Assembly: GCA_048882325.1 (NCBI GenBank)
Contig: JBHLRS010000024.1
Coordinates: 1-45,374 of the forward strand
Reading direction: 5' to 3'
DNA length: 45,374 nucleotides
DNA from: Candidatus Thorarchaeota archaeon
GTDB taxonomy: Archaea; Asgardarchaeota; Thorarchaeia; Thorarchaeales; Thorarchaeaceae
The translations under genes and the position numbers were made by a program. Of this stretch, positions 9,606 to 19,858 are shown piece by piece; position 1 is the stretch's first letter, and every line of letters begins with the position of its first letter. The notes under the pieces were generated by a model. The model did not search any database. It was not told the origin of the DNA and worked only from the letters and a program-made list of their open reading frames with translations.

Positions 9606-10631
9606 GTGAAGCACATATCAAAATTCGTGGTCATTCTAACTATAGCCACGCTCTTCTCAGCTGTTTCTGTGTTTGCACAATCAGACCAGGGATTTGAGTG
9701 GGGATTTGCATATGATGATGAATTTCATTTCATGATGCATCTCAATGCTACAGGTTTAAAAATTGATGAAGAGATCTATCTTATTTCCAATGACACCCTC
9801 CCAAATATCCCAGCTTCGATGGAGAACTGGACAGACATACCATATACAGGGATTGAAGCGTACTACGCAAACGGAACCCAACTTGGAATCGAGATGTTGA
9901 CATTTGTTGCTATGTACAATGTTTACGTACCCATCGGAAACTGGAGTTCATTGAGTTCACTGGCACGCAGAACACACAATGTTGAAAACCTGACCCTTGC
10001 TGTCGTTGAGCCATCCTTCTGGGGATACCGTTGGGAGGATGACGATTGGGTGTTAACCGATGGTGGAGTGACAATCTATTCGAATTATACCATCAATGTC
10101 CATGTGGAATATCTCAAGACGGATGGATTCTTAGCAAACTATACTGTTGATGCCTATAATACAACTACGGGGGCTGATGCTGGAGAGATTGTTCTAGAAC
10201 GATTGGGCATAGATGAATATAGAGAAAAAACAGAACCGATAATAACGAACCATCCTAGGGATATTGTATATGTTGAGGGGCAGGTAGGTACCAGCATCAC
10301 ATGGTATGCCTCTGATGACTACCCTGCTACGTATGAAATCTTTGTAGGCTTTTCACCAGATCACGGTATGCCAGCATTGATAAAAATTAGATCAGGATTA
10401 TGGAACCATTCATCAGAGGCAATCACGGTTGCTGTCGATGGTCTGCCAGTTGGAGTGTTTCTATACCGCTTGATTGTCTACGATCTTAGTGGAAACGATG
10501 ACAAAGACGAAGTAGTAGTAACTGTCATTGATGAGTTTACAGCAAATCTACGTTGGATCTTGATCTCTGTCGTCGGAGGAGCAATCTTGGTAATTGGAGC
10601 AGCTGTTATTTTTCAGATCAGAAAGCGTTGA
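9606..10631 (+). CDS. Secreted, C-terminally membrane-anchored protein with an Ig-like domain
   Basis: Signal peptide (...SAVSVFA). Module HPRDIVYVEGQVGTSITW...YRLIVYD. C-terminal TM helix + IRKR. GGAG upstream of the GTG start. Confidence 0.75.
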   Translation: MKHISKFVVILTIATLFSAVSVFAQSDQGFEWGFAYDDEFHFMMHLNATGLKIDEEIYLISNDTLPNIPASMENWTDIPYTGIEAYYANGTQLGIEMLTFVAMYNVYVPIGNWSSLSSLARRTHNVENLTLAVVEPSFWGYRWEDDDWVLTDGGVTIYSNYTINVHVEYLKTDGFLANYTVDAYNTTTGADAGEIVLERLGIDEYREKTEPIITNHPRDIVYVEGQVGTSITWYASDDYPATYEIFVGFSPDHGMPALIKIRSGLWNHSSEAITVAVDGLPVGVFLYRLIVYDLSGNDDKDEVVVTVIDEFTANLRWILISVVGGAILVIGAAVIFQIRKR

Positions 10632-10651
10632 ACTAGAGGTTACGTTAGCCT

Positions 10652-12118
10652 CTAAATCAACCCTACTTTTTCGTTAAATTTCTCTATGAGTTCGTCTATC
10701 TTTGGTGTTGACTGTTGAATGTTCTCCCAGTATCTTGGGAAGTCATACCATTGAGCATTCAACTCATCAAGCTCCATTTGTTGTTGTTCAATCCAAGTGA
10801 AATACTTCAAGTGATGAATCCGCTTTCTATCATAGTGACCAAGCTCAATCATGGCGTCTGTCTTCTGAGCCATGAGATGTCTGTGATAATCCTTGATTGC
10901 ATCTTTCTCTGTGTACGTTCCATGAGCCTCACGTGCCTCTTTGATTCGCGATTGATACATGTCCATAGAATCAGTGAATACTGTGAGTACGACGTCATTC
11001 TTGGTGAGTTCATAGTACTTGGCAAACTTGATTGCCATGAGTAAGTTCGCGATGCTGGAGATTCCCAACAATGGAAGGTTTGATACAGTAGTCTCCGAAA
11101 TCCCAATATCCTTCACAAGGAATTTTCTCCCTGCATCCTCATTGAATAGCCGAATGAGGTTCATCGAATCATTGTCATCAATAGCGATGACATTGTCAGT
11201 GTTCCTAACATTGTGAATCCATGGCACATGCTTATCCCCAATCCCTTCAATCCTGTGTGCACCATAACCATTGAGCCAGAGTGTGGGACATTGCACAGCT
11301 TCACCTGCAGCAATTCTTGACTGGGGATAGACCTGTTTCATGTAGTCACCAGATCCAATAGTACCAGCAGAACCAGTAGTGAGGCATACACCTTGGTAGG
11401 TGTCATTACCCAGTTCCTTTTCGAGTACTTCCTGCATCGCATGACCTGTGACTTCATAATGCCAGAGATAGTTACCAAACTCAGCGAATTGATTGAAGAT
11501 GAAGACGTTGTCCCTAGTCGCTTTCAGTTCCGCAACTTTGTCATAGATCTCCTTGACGTTACTCTCACTACCTGGTGTTTTAATGATTTCACTCGCTACC
11601 GACTTTAACCAGTCGAATCGTTCCTGACTCATTTCTTCGGGCAGAATAGCTACGCTGTCACAGGCGAGGAGTGTTGCATCATAGGCACCACCCCTACAAT
11701 AGTTTCCAGTTGAGGGCCATACAGCTTTATGGATTGTTGGATCAAATTGGCCTGTTACGAGGGGAGGAACAAGACAACCAAATGCAGCACCAACCTTATG
11801 CGCACCTGTGGGAAAATACTTTCCAACCAGCGCTATGATTCGAGCCTCAACGCCTGAGAGCTCAGAAGGAATCTCCATATAATTAGCGAGGCGTTGAAAC
11901 TGACCGCCTTTGTCAACAGGTTCATTCTTCCAAGTGATTCTGAAGAGATTTTGAGGAACCACATCCCAGAGTTCGATTTCCTTCAGTTCATTCTTAATCC
12001 TATCAGGAACAGTACTAGGGTCTTTCATCTGTTTGAAGGTGGGAATCACTATGTTCCGTTCACGACATCTTTCAACAGTTCTCTTAAGCTGAGCCTCATT
12101 CATAGTTAAATCAATCAT
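10652..12118 (-). CDS. PLP-dependent fold-type II enzyme (cysteine synthase / Trp synthase beta superfamily), substrate unknown
   Basis: PTGAHKVG (PLP lysine), PSTGNY, TTGSAGT phosphate loop, HRIEGIGDK. Confidence 0.85.
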   Translation of the reverse strand: MIDLTMNEAQLKRTVERCRERNIVIPTFKQMKDPSTVPDRIKNELKEIELWDVVPQNLFRITWKNEPVDKGGQFQRLANYMEIPSELSGVEARIIALVGKYFPTGAHKVGAAFGCLVPPLVTGQFDPTIHKAVWPSTGNYCRGGAYDATLLACDSVAILPEEMSQERFDWLKSVASEIIKTPGSESNVKEIYDKVAELKATRDNVFIFNQFAEFGNYLWHYEVTGHAMQEVLEKELGNDTYQGVCLTTGSAGTIGSGDYMKQVYPQSRIAAGEAVQCPTLWLNGYGAHRIEGIGDKHVPWIHNVRNTDNVIAIDDNDSMNLIRLFNEDAGRKFLVKDIGISETTVSNLPLLGISSIANLLMAIKFAKYYELTKNDVVLTVFTDSMDMYQSRIKEAREAHGTYTEKDAIKDYHRHLMAQKTDAMIELGHYDRKRIHHLKYFTWIEQQQMELDELNAQWYDFPRYWENIQQSTPKIDELIEKFNEKVGLI

Positions 12119-12201
12119 TTAGGGAACCTCACACACAATCATTGAGCGTACTCAATTCCTGCAAAAGGGTTTCGGCCTATCTAATGGTGTTAAGAATAAT
12201 G

Positions 12202-13332
12202 TTAGTCAGGAGAGAGCAACTTCTCCAAGGCTAATTTCTTCTCTTGTCGGATTCTATATCCAATTACAATGTTGACTAATCCAAAAATAGCCGGGATGCT
12301 AACTAATGAGGTGATGATAAGACTCCTTAATTTCGATGTGTAAACTATGTTCATATTGTGAATTTCTATCGTGTAGTTGGTGAAGATAGTTGGATCTGGC
12401 AGACCCTCAACAGGAAACCAACGATATTGTAGTAATCGATACGGATTATCAGGACCACGAGTTAGAGTGATCCGTTTGTTGTCTGTCTTAAGCCAATTAT
12501 CGAAAAGACTTGATCTACCTCTAGTAGGATCAGCTGGGAGCATTCCAACTCCCTCTACGTAGAACATTGGATAAGCGTGAGCGATTGCTCCGTCATCAGT
12601 TCCCACAAATCCAGTATCGAAATCAGCAAGCCATGCAGTGTGGCTCACCGCTGGAATACCCAGAGACCTAGAAAGAGCTACAAATAGCGTTGTGTATTCA
12701 TCACAATCCCCCTCTGCATTTCTGAGGGCATAAGTAGCACCTCTGATTGAGCTATGTAATCTATAATCGACATAGTTCGCAGTGAAGTTGTAAATGTTGT
12801 ATGCAGTTTTTATGGGATCATCTGCAACTTCTAAGAATTGAGCTACTTTCCTGATGTTTGGGTCAGTGCTATCAGCAAGTGGATGATAGGCGGTGAAGAG
12901 CTTATACTGTTCATCTTCAACATTATATGGTTCGATTGTCAGATCAGGAGTTGTATAGTCTAAAAAGGTCAAAGTCACATTAGCATGGAACCAGAGATCA
13001 ATTGTCTGGTTAACATTGAAGTCAGTGTATTCATACCAAAGGTACTGGTTTTCATATTCGTCAGTTGTTGTTTGATTAGAGATAGAATCAGAGACAAAAC
13101 CGGTAACAGTCTGTACAGGGTCCCAGTCCTTCAGTTGTGCAAGTCTAATGGTTACAGATGTGAGGTCAAGAGGCCCTTCATTCTTCATATAGAATCTGTA
13201 GCTAAGTTGAAACTCTGCGGTTCCTCTTTCTGGTTTTTTGGATTCTTGCTCATATACAACACCAATAGCAGAGATTACAATGATGAGCAGTGCAAATCCA
13301 GCGATGTATCTTGTTGTTCTTCGTCTATTCAT
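12202..13332 (-). CDS. Membrane-anchored transglutaminase-like protein with intact Cys-His-Asp triad
   Basis: GDCDEYTTLFVALSRSLGIPA, AHAYP and ADPT motifs. N- and C-terminal TM helices. Likely ATG at 13332 overlaps the upstream TAA (TAATG). The ORF track starts it at 13353. Confidence 0.85.
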   Translation of the reverse strand: MNRRRTTRYIAGFALLIIVISAIGVVYEQESKKPERGTAEFQLSYRFYMKNEGPLDLTSVTIRLAQLKDWDPVQTVTGFVSDSISNQTTTDEYENQYLWYEYTDFNVNQTIDLWFHANVTLTFLDYTTPDLTIEPYNVEDEQYKLFTAYHPLADSTDPNIRKVAQFLEVADDPIKTAYNIYNFTANYVDYRLHSSIRGATYALRNAEGDCDEYTTLFVALSRSLGIPAVSHTAWLADFDTGFVGTDDGAIAHAYPMFYVEGVGMLPADPTRGRSSLFDNWLKTDNKRITLTRGPDNPYRLLQYRWFPVEGLPDPTIFTNYTIEIHNMNIVYTSKLRSLIITSLVSIPAIFGLVNIVIGYRIRQEKKLALEKLLSPD

Positions 13333-16300
13333 TATATTGCCTCCTGCTCCCAAATGTTCTGTGCAAGCTCAACCCCGTAACGGGCAGCCGCAGATGGAGA
13401 AAGTTCGCTGGCATCTAATCCGTGATTCTCTATGTATTCAAATCGTTCCAGCAGACTGCTTTGGCAGACATTTTGAATCTCTAGCCCAGGTCTTTTGTTC
13501 ACTTCAAGAACAAGGATTCTATCATTCTTGTCAATCACAATATCAACACCGGCGTAACCCAGACCCGTACTTTTCTGTGCCAAGCATGCAGTGGCCAATA
13601 TTTCAGACCAATTCTCTAATTCGAATCCTACGATTAACCCACCAGTGTCGGGGTGTTTTTGAACTTCAAGGCCCTTCATTTCTGCACGTGTAACTCTACC
13701 ATCAGAAATTCTAACAGCAGCTCCGATGGCACCTTGTTTAAGGTTGGCAAGACCATCGGAAGCTTCAGTTGATAGTCGCATCATAGCCATAACTGGGATT
13801 CCTCTAAAGATTATGACTCGGATGTCAGGTAGTCCGATGGATATTCGCTCCAAAGAAGGATGAGTTGTAATCAATTCCTCGATAATGACAATGTCATTGT
13901 TTGACTTGGTTTGGCTAGTAAGATATTCGCCCTTGATGATTTTTCGAATTTCGGTTTCTATAACTATAGGATTATAGATTTGAGTTCCAGAAATGAAGTT
14001 ACCATTCTCATCACGCTTCTTTACAACCAAAATTCCTTTTCCGCCAAAACTCTGTGCAGGCTTAATCACGAATCCATTCTCAAACCGTTTCTGTGTCTTC
14101 AATTGATGCATCAAATCATCGACTTGGTTCTCACTATCGACAAGAGCATAGAGTTCCGCTGTTGGAACTCGCCACTTGTCAAACTGATCTTTTAGATTGT
14201 ATTTATTTATCACTGAGAAAAGAATACCGGAGTTATACTTTGCAATGTAATTTCTATTTCTGATTTGTATCGAGAGTGGATTCTCACCTTTCTCAAACAA
14301 CCTAGTGAATCGTTTATGATCAAAAGACGTGTATTTTGTGTTTCGACCGAAATACAATACACTTGCCGCAAGGACAACCCATAGTTCAGGATTGACAACT
14401 ATGAAAGTAACAAGTATATCGATACTCATGAAGATAAACGAAGCAAGTGAGATACCCAGAGTCGTTACTAGACGCTTGAATGCGGTAAGCTGGTCTTCCT
14501 GCTCAGCCTCTACAACATACCGATCAATAAACCATGGTGTGATCAAAATCGGAACCAATATTGATCCACTAAGCAAAGGAATCAGAAAAACTTCTCCAAG
14601 TATTTCTAAAAGTCCTATAAACGAAATTGTATATATCATGAGAATTCCAATTCGGAAACCTATAGCTAGGTTAAACTGACTCAAAATCGACCTTATAATA
14701 TATCCAATAACAAATATGTTAAGAAAAATCAAGAGTCCCCAGACTGGTCCCAGAGCCAACATAGAGATGACCAGTATCGTTGGTCCGAAAAGACCCAATG
14801 TCTTCAAACCAAAGACATACTTACCAACCAGTATAATGATCATTCCTATCATGAATCTGAATAAGAAGAGTGAGGTCTCTAATACCAGTATAGCATCATG
14901 GATGAAAAATCTAGCAAGAGCTGCTATTGATCCAAAAACAACAAACAGTGCAATTAGATTCAATGATTCATTGCTAAGGAGGCTTTCTCGTTTTTCCGAT
15001 TTCAAGGTCATTTGTACCTGACCACCTTCTGTCTTTCGTTTACGTCTATAAATCGCATAACTATCAAAACCTCCAATTAGGAAGAACACTGGAAGAATCC
15101 ATGGGAGAATCGCACCAAGCAGAGGTAGAGCAGTTATCCCTCCCGGTGATATTCCAGCTATTGATGTGAGATAGAGGTATTCAGTCACTGCTGAGTTCCC
15201 ATTGCTGTCATTTGCATGGATACGAAATCTCAAAATCCCATCATCATAGAAATTTCCCATTAGGAAGATCCATTCATTTTGGTACGTTTCACTCTCATGT
15301 CCATCAAACACAAGAGGAGTGACAACACCTGTTTCATCACTAGTCCAGTCAGCTTCAACCCAAACATCCGTAATCAAACTCTCAGGGTCTAAAATAATCG
15401 ATGATAATGCGTAGGAATTCTGAAACTTGCGATAATTCTCAATACCCGGAATAAAGGTTGGAACGATGATAGGAGAAAAAAGATCTAGAGGATTCTCGCT
15501 TAGATCTGTTACAGACAAAGAATCCGGATCCATGTTTAGAAGATTCAATGTGAGGATGGCATAAAATGTCGACTCAAGTCGAGAGGAATAGCCTTGCCTT
15601 GGACCAAATCCTCCATCATTGTTGTGAAGTGAATAGATGAAATCAACTAGACCTGATTCATCCAAAGAAATATTCAGCAAGAGTGAGAGAGCCACCCCGT
15701 AGAATGTAGATTCCATTGTTGGAATAACTCGATCACGTGAAGGTACAAATCCGCCAGAAGCATTTTGGAAGTCAGATAGAGTAGTTTTGATAGGTTCAGT
15801 GGTTAGCTCACCACCCAACATCAATCGCACCATAATAGCGCGATAAGTCGAAGTGAGTGTGGAATTCAGCCCTGGGAAATTAGAATAAGTTCCATCTGGT
15901 TTTTCAAGATAACTTAGCCATGTGAAAATCGAGTTTATGTCCATTGGGTAGCTTTGTAAGTCACCTAGTAGATTGAGAGCAGAAATTGCCCAGTATGTAT
16001 GTGTTAAGTAACTAATAGTTGAGCCTGGCTGTTCTCCAAAACCACCAACCTCATTCTGTGAATTCAGTATGAATTGAATAATATCAGGAGTAGCAGTGAG
16101 AGGGTCGTCAAGACTCCGAGTTGCCCGAATTCCGAAATATGTGTATTTTACCCTGGCAGTTGTTCCAGGTCGGAAACCAAAACCGCTTCTTGTATTGCTG
16201 TACGCGTCTTCAATATACACCTTTACAGCAGGATTCACCCAACTAGTGTTCGCAAGGAGGTTGCCTATTAGTAATGCATACGCAGAGTAAGAAATGTCTG

Positions 16301-17504
16301 GAACATCACCAGGGTAATTTCCAAATCCAAAAGATGGCTGAGTTCCAGAAATAAGATAGTTATAGACACCGGTAAGATCTGGTATTGTTATTAAGAGACC
16401 GTGCTCATCAAGAATGAAAAGAAGGCGGAGCGCAAAGAAAGAAGAACTTAACTCCGCGGTTGCATCCCGGTCTGAGGCTGTGAATCCTGACCCGGCTTCC
16501 TGGTTCGCTAGAATGTAATTGAGTGCGTCTTCAAGAAATGTAATGGGCAGGTAGTCATCAATGGGAAATGAAGTTTCTGTTTTAAACAGATGCCAAAGTT
16601 GTACTGCAGCCGTTGTGTATCCCATTGTAGGCAATCCACCAGCATACCCTGCAACACCTCCACTGATGGCAACTAGGGAATTCAGGAATCTAGCGACTGA
16701 TTCGAAGCGACTGGATTCTGTAGTGTTCATAAGAAGGAAAGCTTGTAACGCATTCAAAGAGGCTAAGAGTTCAGCTTGACCTCCGATATTTTCTGAAAAT
16801 CCTGAAGCTCCATTAACAAACAATGGGGGAACAAAAGTACTGTTAATGAATGTGACTGAGGAATTGTCCAATTGAATTCCAAAGCTAGGATAGAGTGTGC
16901 CAATCTGATCCAAAATATGGACGACTCTATGAGTCGAGGAAACATCAGGAGCATCCCATAGTGGCAAAGGTAAATAACCAAAATCAACCGTCTTCAATTG
17001 AAGTAGAAAATTAACAGTTTCATTTACTTGACTCTCAGGTAGTGATGAGAGCGCATTGTAGGTCGATAAAATTTGGAGCGCCTGATATGTTGATTCGACA
17101 GAGCTTCTTGCGCCATTCCAATTTCCATATCCACCATCATCATTCCTTGATGAATTAACAAGGTCGAGGACTTCAGCTACAATTGAAGCAGGAGGTGTGA
17201 AACCAAACCAGTCGAGATAGTAAAGAGACATTCCGAGGTAATATGCGATATCCATAGAAGGAGTATCCACATCGCCATCGTTTTGGGTTGTCTGGACGAA
17301 GGACAGTATCTCCTTGATCAAAGCTTCGTCTTGGAGAATAGGCTGCTGAGCAAGTTCAAAACCAGTTTCAAGACTTTCAAAATCCGAGATTTCTAGATTA
17401 GCGTAGTGCATAATGGAGTTCGTATTGTAGCTCGGTATCAAGAATAGCAGCACAAGTATAAAGCAGGTTACTTGTGCTGCAGCTATTCTTGTCATCCTTG
17501 CCAA
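13332..17504 (-). CDS. Fusion protein: prenyltransferase/squalene-oxidase-type repeats + TM + 7TM (7TM_transglut-like) + alpha-L-glutamate-ligase-like ATP-grasp
   Basis: About 11-12 QxxxGG(F/Y)-type repeats. 7TM motifs GLKTLGLFGP, PILITPWFIDRY, NPELW...YFGR...KRF. ATP-grasp motifs RNRNYIAKYN, FVIKPAQSFGGKGILV, PDIRVIIFRGIPVMAMMRLST.ASDGLANLKQGA, GLGYAGVD, LEVNKRPGLEIQ. Confidence 0.85.
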   Translation of the reverse strand: MARMTRIAAAQVTCFILVLLFLIPSYNTNSIMHYANLEISDFESLETGFELAQQPILQDEALIKEILSFVQTTQNDGDVDTPSMDIAYYLGMSLYYLDWFGFTPPASIVAEVLDLVNSSRNDDGGYGNWNGARSSVESTYQALQILSTYNALSSLPESQVNETVNFLLQLKTVDFGYLPLPLWDAPDVSSTHRVVHILDQIGTLYPSFGIQLDNSSVTFINSTFVPPLFVNGASGFSENIGGQAELLASLNALQAFLLMNTTESSRFESVARFLNSLVAISGGVAGYAGGLPTMGYTTAAVQLWHLFKTETSFPIDDYLPITFLEDALNYILANQEAGSGFTASDRDATAELSSSFFALRLLFILDEHGLLITIPDLTGVYNYLISGTQPSFGFGNYPGDVPDISYSAYALLIGNLLANTSWVNPAVKVYIEDAYSNTRSGFGFRPGTTARVKYTYFGIRATRSLDDPLTATPDIIQFILNSQNEVGGFGEQPGSTISYLTHTYWAISALNLLGDLQSYPMDINSIFTWLSYLEKPDGTYSNFPGLNSTLTSTYRAIMVRLMLGGELTTEPIKTTLSDFQNASGGFVPSRDRVIPTMESTFYGVALSLLLNISLDESGLVDFIYSLHNNDGGFGPRQGYSSRLESTFYAILTLNLLNMDPDSLSVTDLSENPLDLFSPIIVPTFIPGIENYRKFQNSYALSSIILDPESLITDVWVEADWTSDETGVVTPLVFDGHESETYQNEWIFLMGNFYDDGILRFRIHANDSNGNSAVTEYLYLTSIAGISPGGITALPLLGAILPWILPVFFLIGGFDSYAIYRRKRKTEGGQVQMTLKSEKRESLLSNESLNLIALFVVFGSIAALARFFIHDAILVLETSLFLFRFMIGMIIILVGKYVFGLKTLGLFGPTILVISMLALGPVWGLLIFLNIFVIGYIIRSILSQFNLAIGFRIGILMIYTISFIGLLEILGEVFLIPLLSGSILVPILITPWFIDRYVVEAEQEDQLTAFKRLVTTLGISLASFIFMSIDILVTFIVVNPELWVVLAASVLYFGRNTKYTSFDHKRFTRLFEKGENPLSIQIRNRNYIAKYNSGILFSVINKYNLKDQFDKWRVPTAELYALVDSENQVDDLMHQLKTQKRFENGFVIKPAQSFGGKGILVVKKRDENGNFISGTQIYNPIVIETEIRKIIKGEYLTSQTKSNNDIVIIEELITTHPSLERISIGLPDIRVIIFRGIPVMAMMRLSTEASDGLANLKQGAIGAAVRISDGRVTRAEMKGLEVQKHPDTGGLIVGFELENWSEILATACLAQKSTGLGYAGVDIVIDKNDRILVLEVNKRPGLEIQNVCQSSLLERFEYIENHGLDASELSPSAAARYGVELAQNIWEQEAI

Positions 17505-17506
17505 CC

Positions 17507-19858
17507 CTACTTCCTTTTTCTAAGCGCAAGGGCTACAATAGATACTATTACAGCAGCACCTAGCGCGAGATATAGAAGAAGGTCTTCTGGTATCACAATT
17601 GGTGGCAAAGGACCCCGTGCAATTAGAACTGACACATCGAAGTCGATTTCAGCACCAGTCGGATCACTCAGATTGACATTTAGTATGTATGTTCCGTTAG
17701 TTAAACCAGAGATGTCAAGGTTAATTTCTCCAGCTGGATCCAGAACGCCTGAGATAATCACTGAAGTTGTTGCTGTATCGGTGATATTGTACTCGATATT
17801 ACCCAATCTACTCGTTACAGTGAATGTGACAGTATCATACCGTGTGCGTTCAAAACCTATCTCGTCGTCATAACTTGCAGTGAAATCACTGTAGATATGG
17901 AAATATCGAAGGAGATGCATGGATACAAAGGTGTATGCAACATCAGATGTGAAATCAGGATGTTCAGCATATCCACCATCAAGATTACGGATAGAATTGA
18001 TAAAGTTGAATAGACTCATCATATCCAAGGGATATGAGTCCAGAAGATATAGAGCTCGAACAGCAGAGTACGTGAAGATTGTATTTGAAATGTTGTTCGG
18101 GCGAACGGTGTCTAGTTGGCTTCTTCGAAATCCACCATCTAGATTTTGACTGCTCTGCAGAAATGTGACAGCGAGGCTAGGATTTTGAGGTTGGCTATTA
18201 AGAATGGAAAGACCTCGTATCGCTCGATAGGAACTAGTTGCATCACTTGAGTCACCAATGAAACCGCCCCAGCCTCCATCCCCATTTTGCAATCCTTGTA
18301 AATACGTAATGGCACCATTGGTGTTGAGAGGCTGAGAGCCAAGAATCTCCAAAGATCTCAAAGCTCGATAGGTAGAAACCACGTACGGAACTGTATCATT
18401 CGAACTCTTCGCAAAACCACCATTAGGCTGCTGGAGGTTCTGGAGAAATGTTATTGTTTCAGAAGAGTTGGGATAAGAAACTCCGAGTAAGTCATAGGTT
18501 TCAAGCGCACGTAAAGTGCTTTCTGCATATGACCCGGTTAGTCCAAAACCTCCATCAGGATTCCTGTACGAAGCAACATAGTCAATTATGCCTTGAGCAT
18601 TTACGGGATATTCTCCCATCAGGATGTAAGTAGACACAGCATCAAATGTTTCTCGGAGGGTGGGAGAGTCTCCCGGCGTGCCTCCAAATCCATCAGAAGT
18701 TGGAGGATTAGACATATACTCAATGGTTGCAGAAATGCTAGAAGGAGACTCTCCCAGTATTGATAAAGCATGGACTGCATAATATGTTCCCATTAGAGAG
18801 GATTCTGTGCTTGATGGACTCAGTCGAAATCCTCCATCTATGCCTTCTAGGGAATAGAGATAATCACTGACTGAGCTTATGTTCTCAGGAACGCCACCTA
18901 AGAAATCGATTGCTTCCAAGGCAGCTGCTGTGTAGGACGCGGATGTGCTGATTATGTCAACCTGGTTTACAAACCCACCTGAGCTGACTAGTTGAAGACC
19001 TCTGAGGAAGTCAAGTGCGGCGCTTGGATCTGTTGCATTAACTCCATACACACCTAATCCGAGGATAGCATCTTGGGACACAGTAGCTCTGGAAGTCCAG
19101 AAAATGCCTTTCTCACTATTTGTTTGAAGACCAAACCCGCCATCGGGGTTTTGTGCTCTACGTAGATAGGCTATAACCGCAGTACTGTTATTGGGAGTTG
19201 AACCAATCAGCTGGTAAGAACTGATGGCATGATATGTTGAATGAACATCACTATCTGCATCCAGTAGATGAGAGTTGAATCCATCTGTCAAAGAGTTCTG
19301 TAACCTATCAAGGTAATTCTCAACAGCAGTTTCATTCAGTCCAGAATAACCTAGCCAATCTAGAACTTGCAAAGCCATGTGAGTAGGGGAAATACTACTG
19401 CGATCATCTTCCCAATTTCCAAATCCACCTGAAGTTCTCTGGAATGAGAGGACTTGGGAAGTCAGAAATGAGATATCGGATGGTGAAAGTGATATTAGTG
19501 TAGGATCTAGAATCTTGAGCGTTCCAACGCGATAATAAATCTGTTCTATGGAAACTGCGGTATTTCCAGCAATATTCCTAGTTTTATTGACAAAGCTCAA
19601 AGTTTTTTGATCATAAACCGGAGTAGCATAAACTGTCGGGGAGTGCATGACAACCTCTGCACTGACGTCTGTTCTGAACATACTCGATTGAGTGTTGTTC
19701 GGGTTGACGGAAATATCACTAAGAGGAAGTATAAACAAAACAAGTAAACCAATTAGTAATCCGATTCTGAGTGCTTTTTGTGATTGAACCATTTCTACAA
19801 CCATCTTTTGTTTCAATCGTGAAGGTAGAAGCAACCAATCAAAGGGTGGTGGTGGCAA
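17507..19858 (-). CDS. Secreted, membrane-anchored prenyltransferase/squalene-oxidase-type repeat protein
   Basis: About 11 repeats of LxxxQxxDGG(F/W/Y)...STYxAxxxLxxLG, with an N-terminal signal/TM and a C-terminal TM + RKRK. True start is probably ATG 19804 or 19792. Confidence 0.82.
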   Translation of the reverse strand: MPPPPFDWLLLPSRLKQKMVVEMVQSQKALRIGLLIGLLVLFILPLSDISVNPNNTQSSMFRTDVSAEVVMHSPTVYATPVYDQKTLSFVNKTRNIAGNTAVSIEQIYYRVGTLKILDPTLISLSPSDISFLTSQVLSFQRTSGGFGNWEDDRSSISPTHMALQVLDWLGYSGLNETAVENYLDRLQNSLTDGFNSHLLDADSDVHSTYHAISSYQLIGSTPNNSTAVIAYLRRAQNPDGGFGLQTNSEKGIFWTSRATVSQDAILGLGVYGVNATDPSAALDFLRGLQLVSSGGFVNQVDIISTSASYTAAALEAIDFLGGVPENISSVSDYLYSLEGIDGGFRLSPSSTESSLMGTYYAVHALSILGESPSSISATIEYMSNPPTSDGFGGTPGDSPTLRETFDAVSTYILMGEYPVNAQGIIDYVASYRNPDGGFGLTGSYAESTLRALETYDLLGVSYPNSSETITFLQNLQQPNGGFAKSSNDTVPYVVSTYRALRSLEILGSQPLNTNGAITYLQGLQNGDGGWGGFIGDSSDATSSYRAIRGLSILNSQPQNPSLAVTFLQSSQNLDGGFRRSQLDTVRPNNISNTIFTYSAVRALYLLDSYPLDMMSLFNFINSIRNLDGGYAEHPDFTSDVAYTFVSMHLLRYFHIYSDFTASYDDEIGFERTRYDTVTFTVTSRLGNIEYNITDTATTSVIISGVLDPAGEINLDISGLTNGTYILNVNLSDPTGAEIDFDVSVLIARGPLPPIVIPEDLLLYLALGAAVIVSIVALALRKRK

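Noticed and set aside
13332-19858. Squalene-hopene cyclase or protein prenyltransferase calls
   Set aside because: No DxDD or D-x-C Zn motif was seen, and the domains follow signal peptides. Only the repeat fold is supported.
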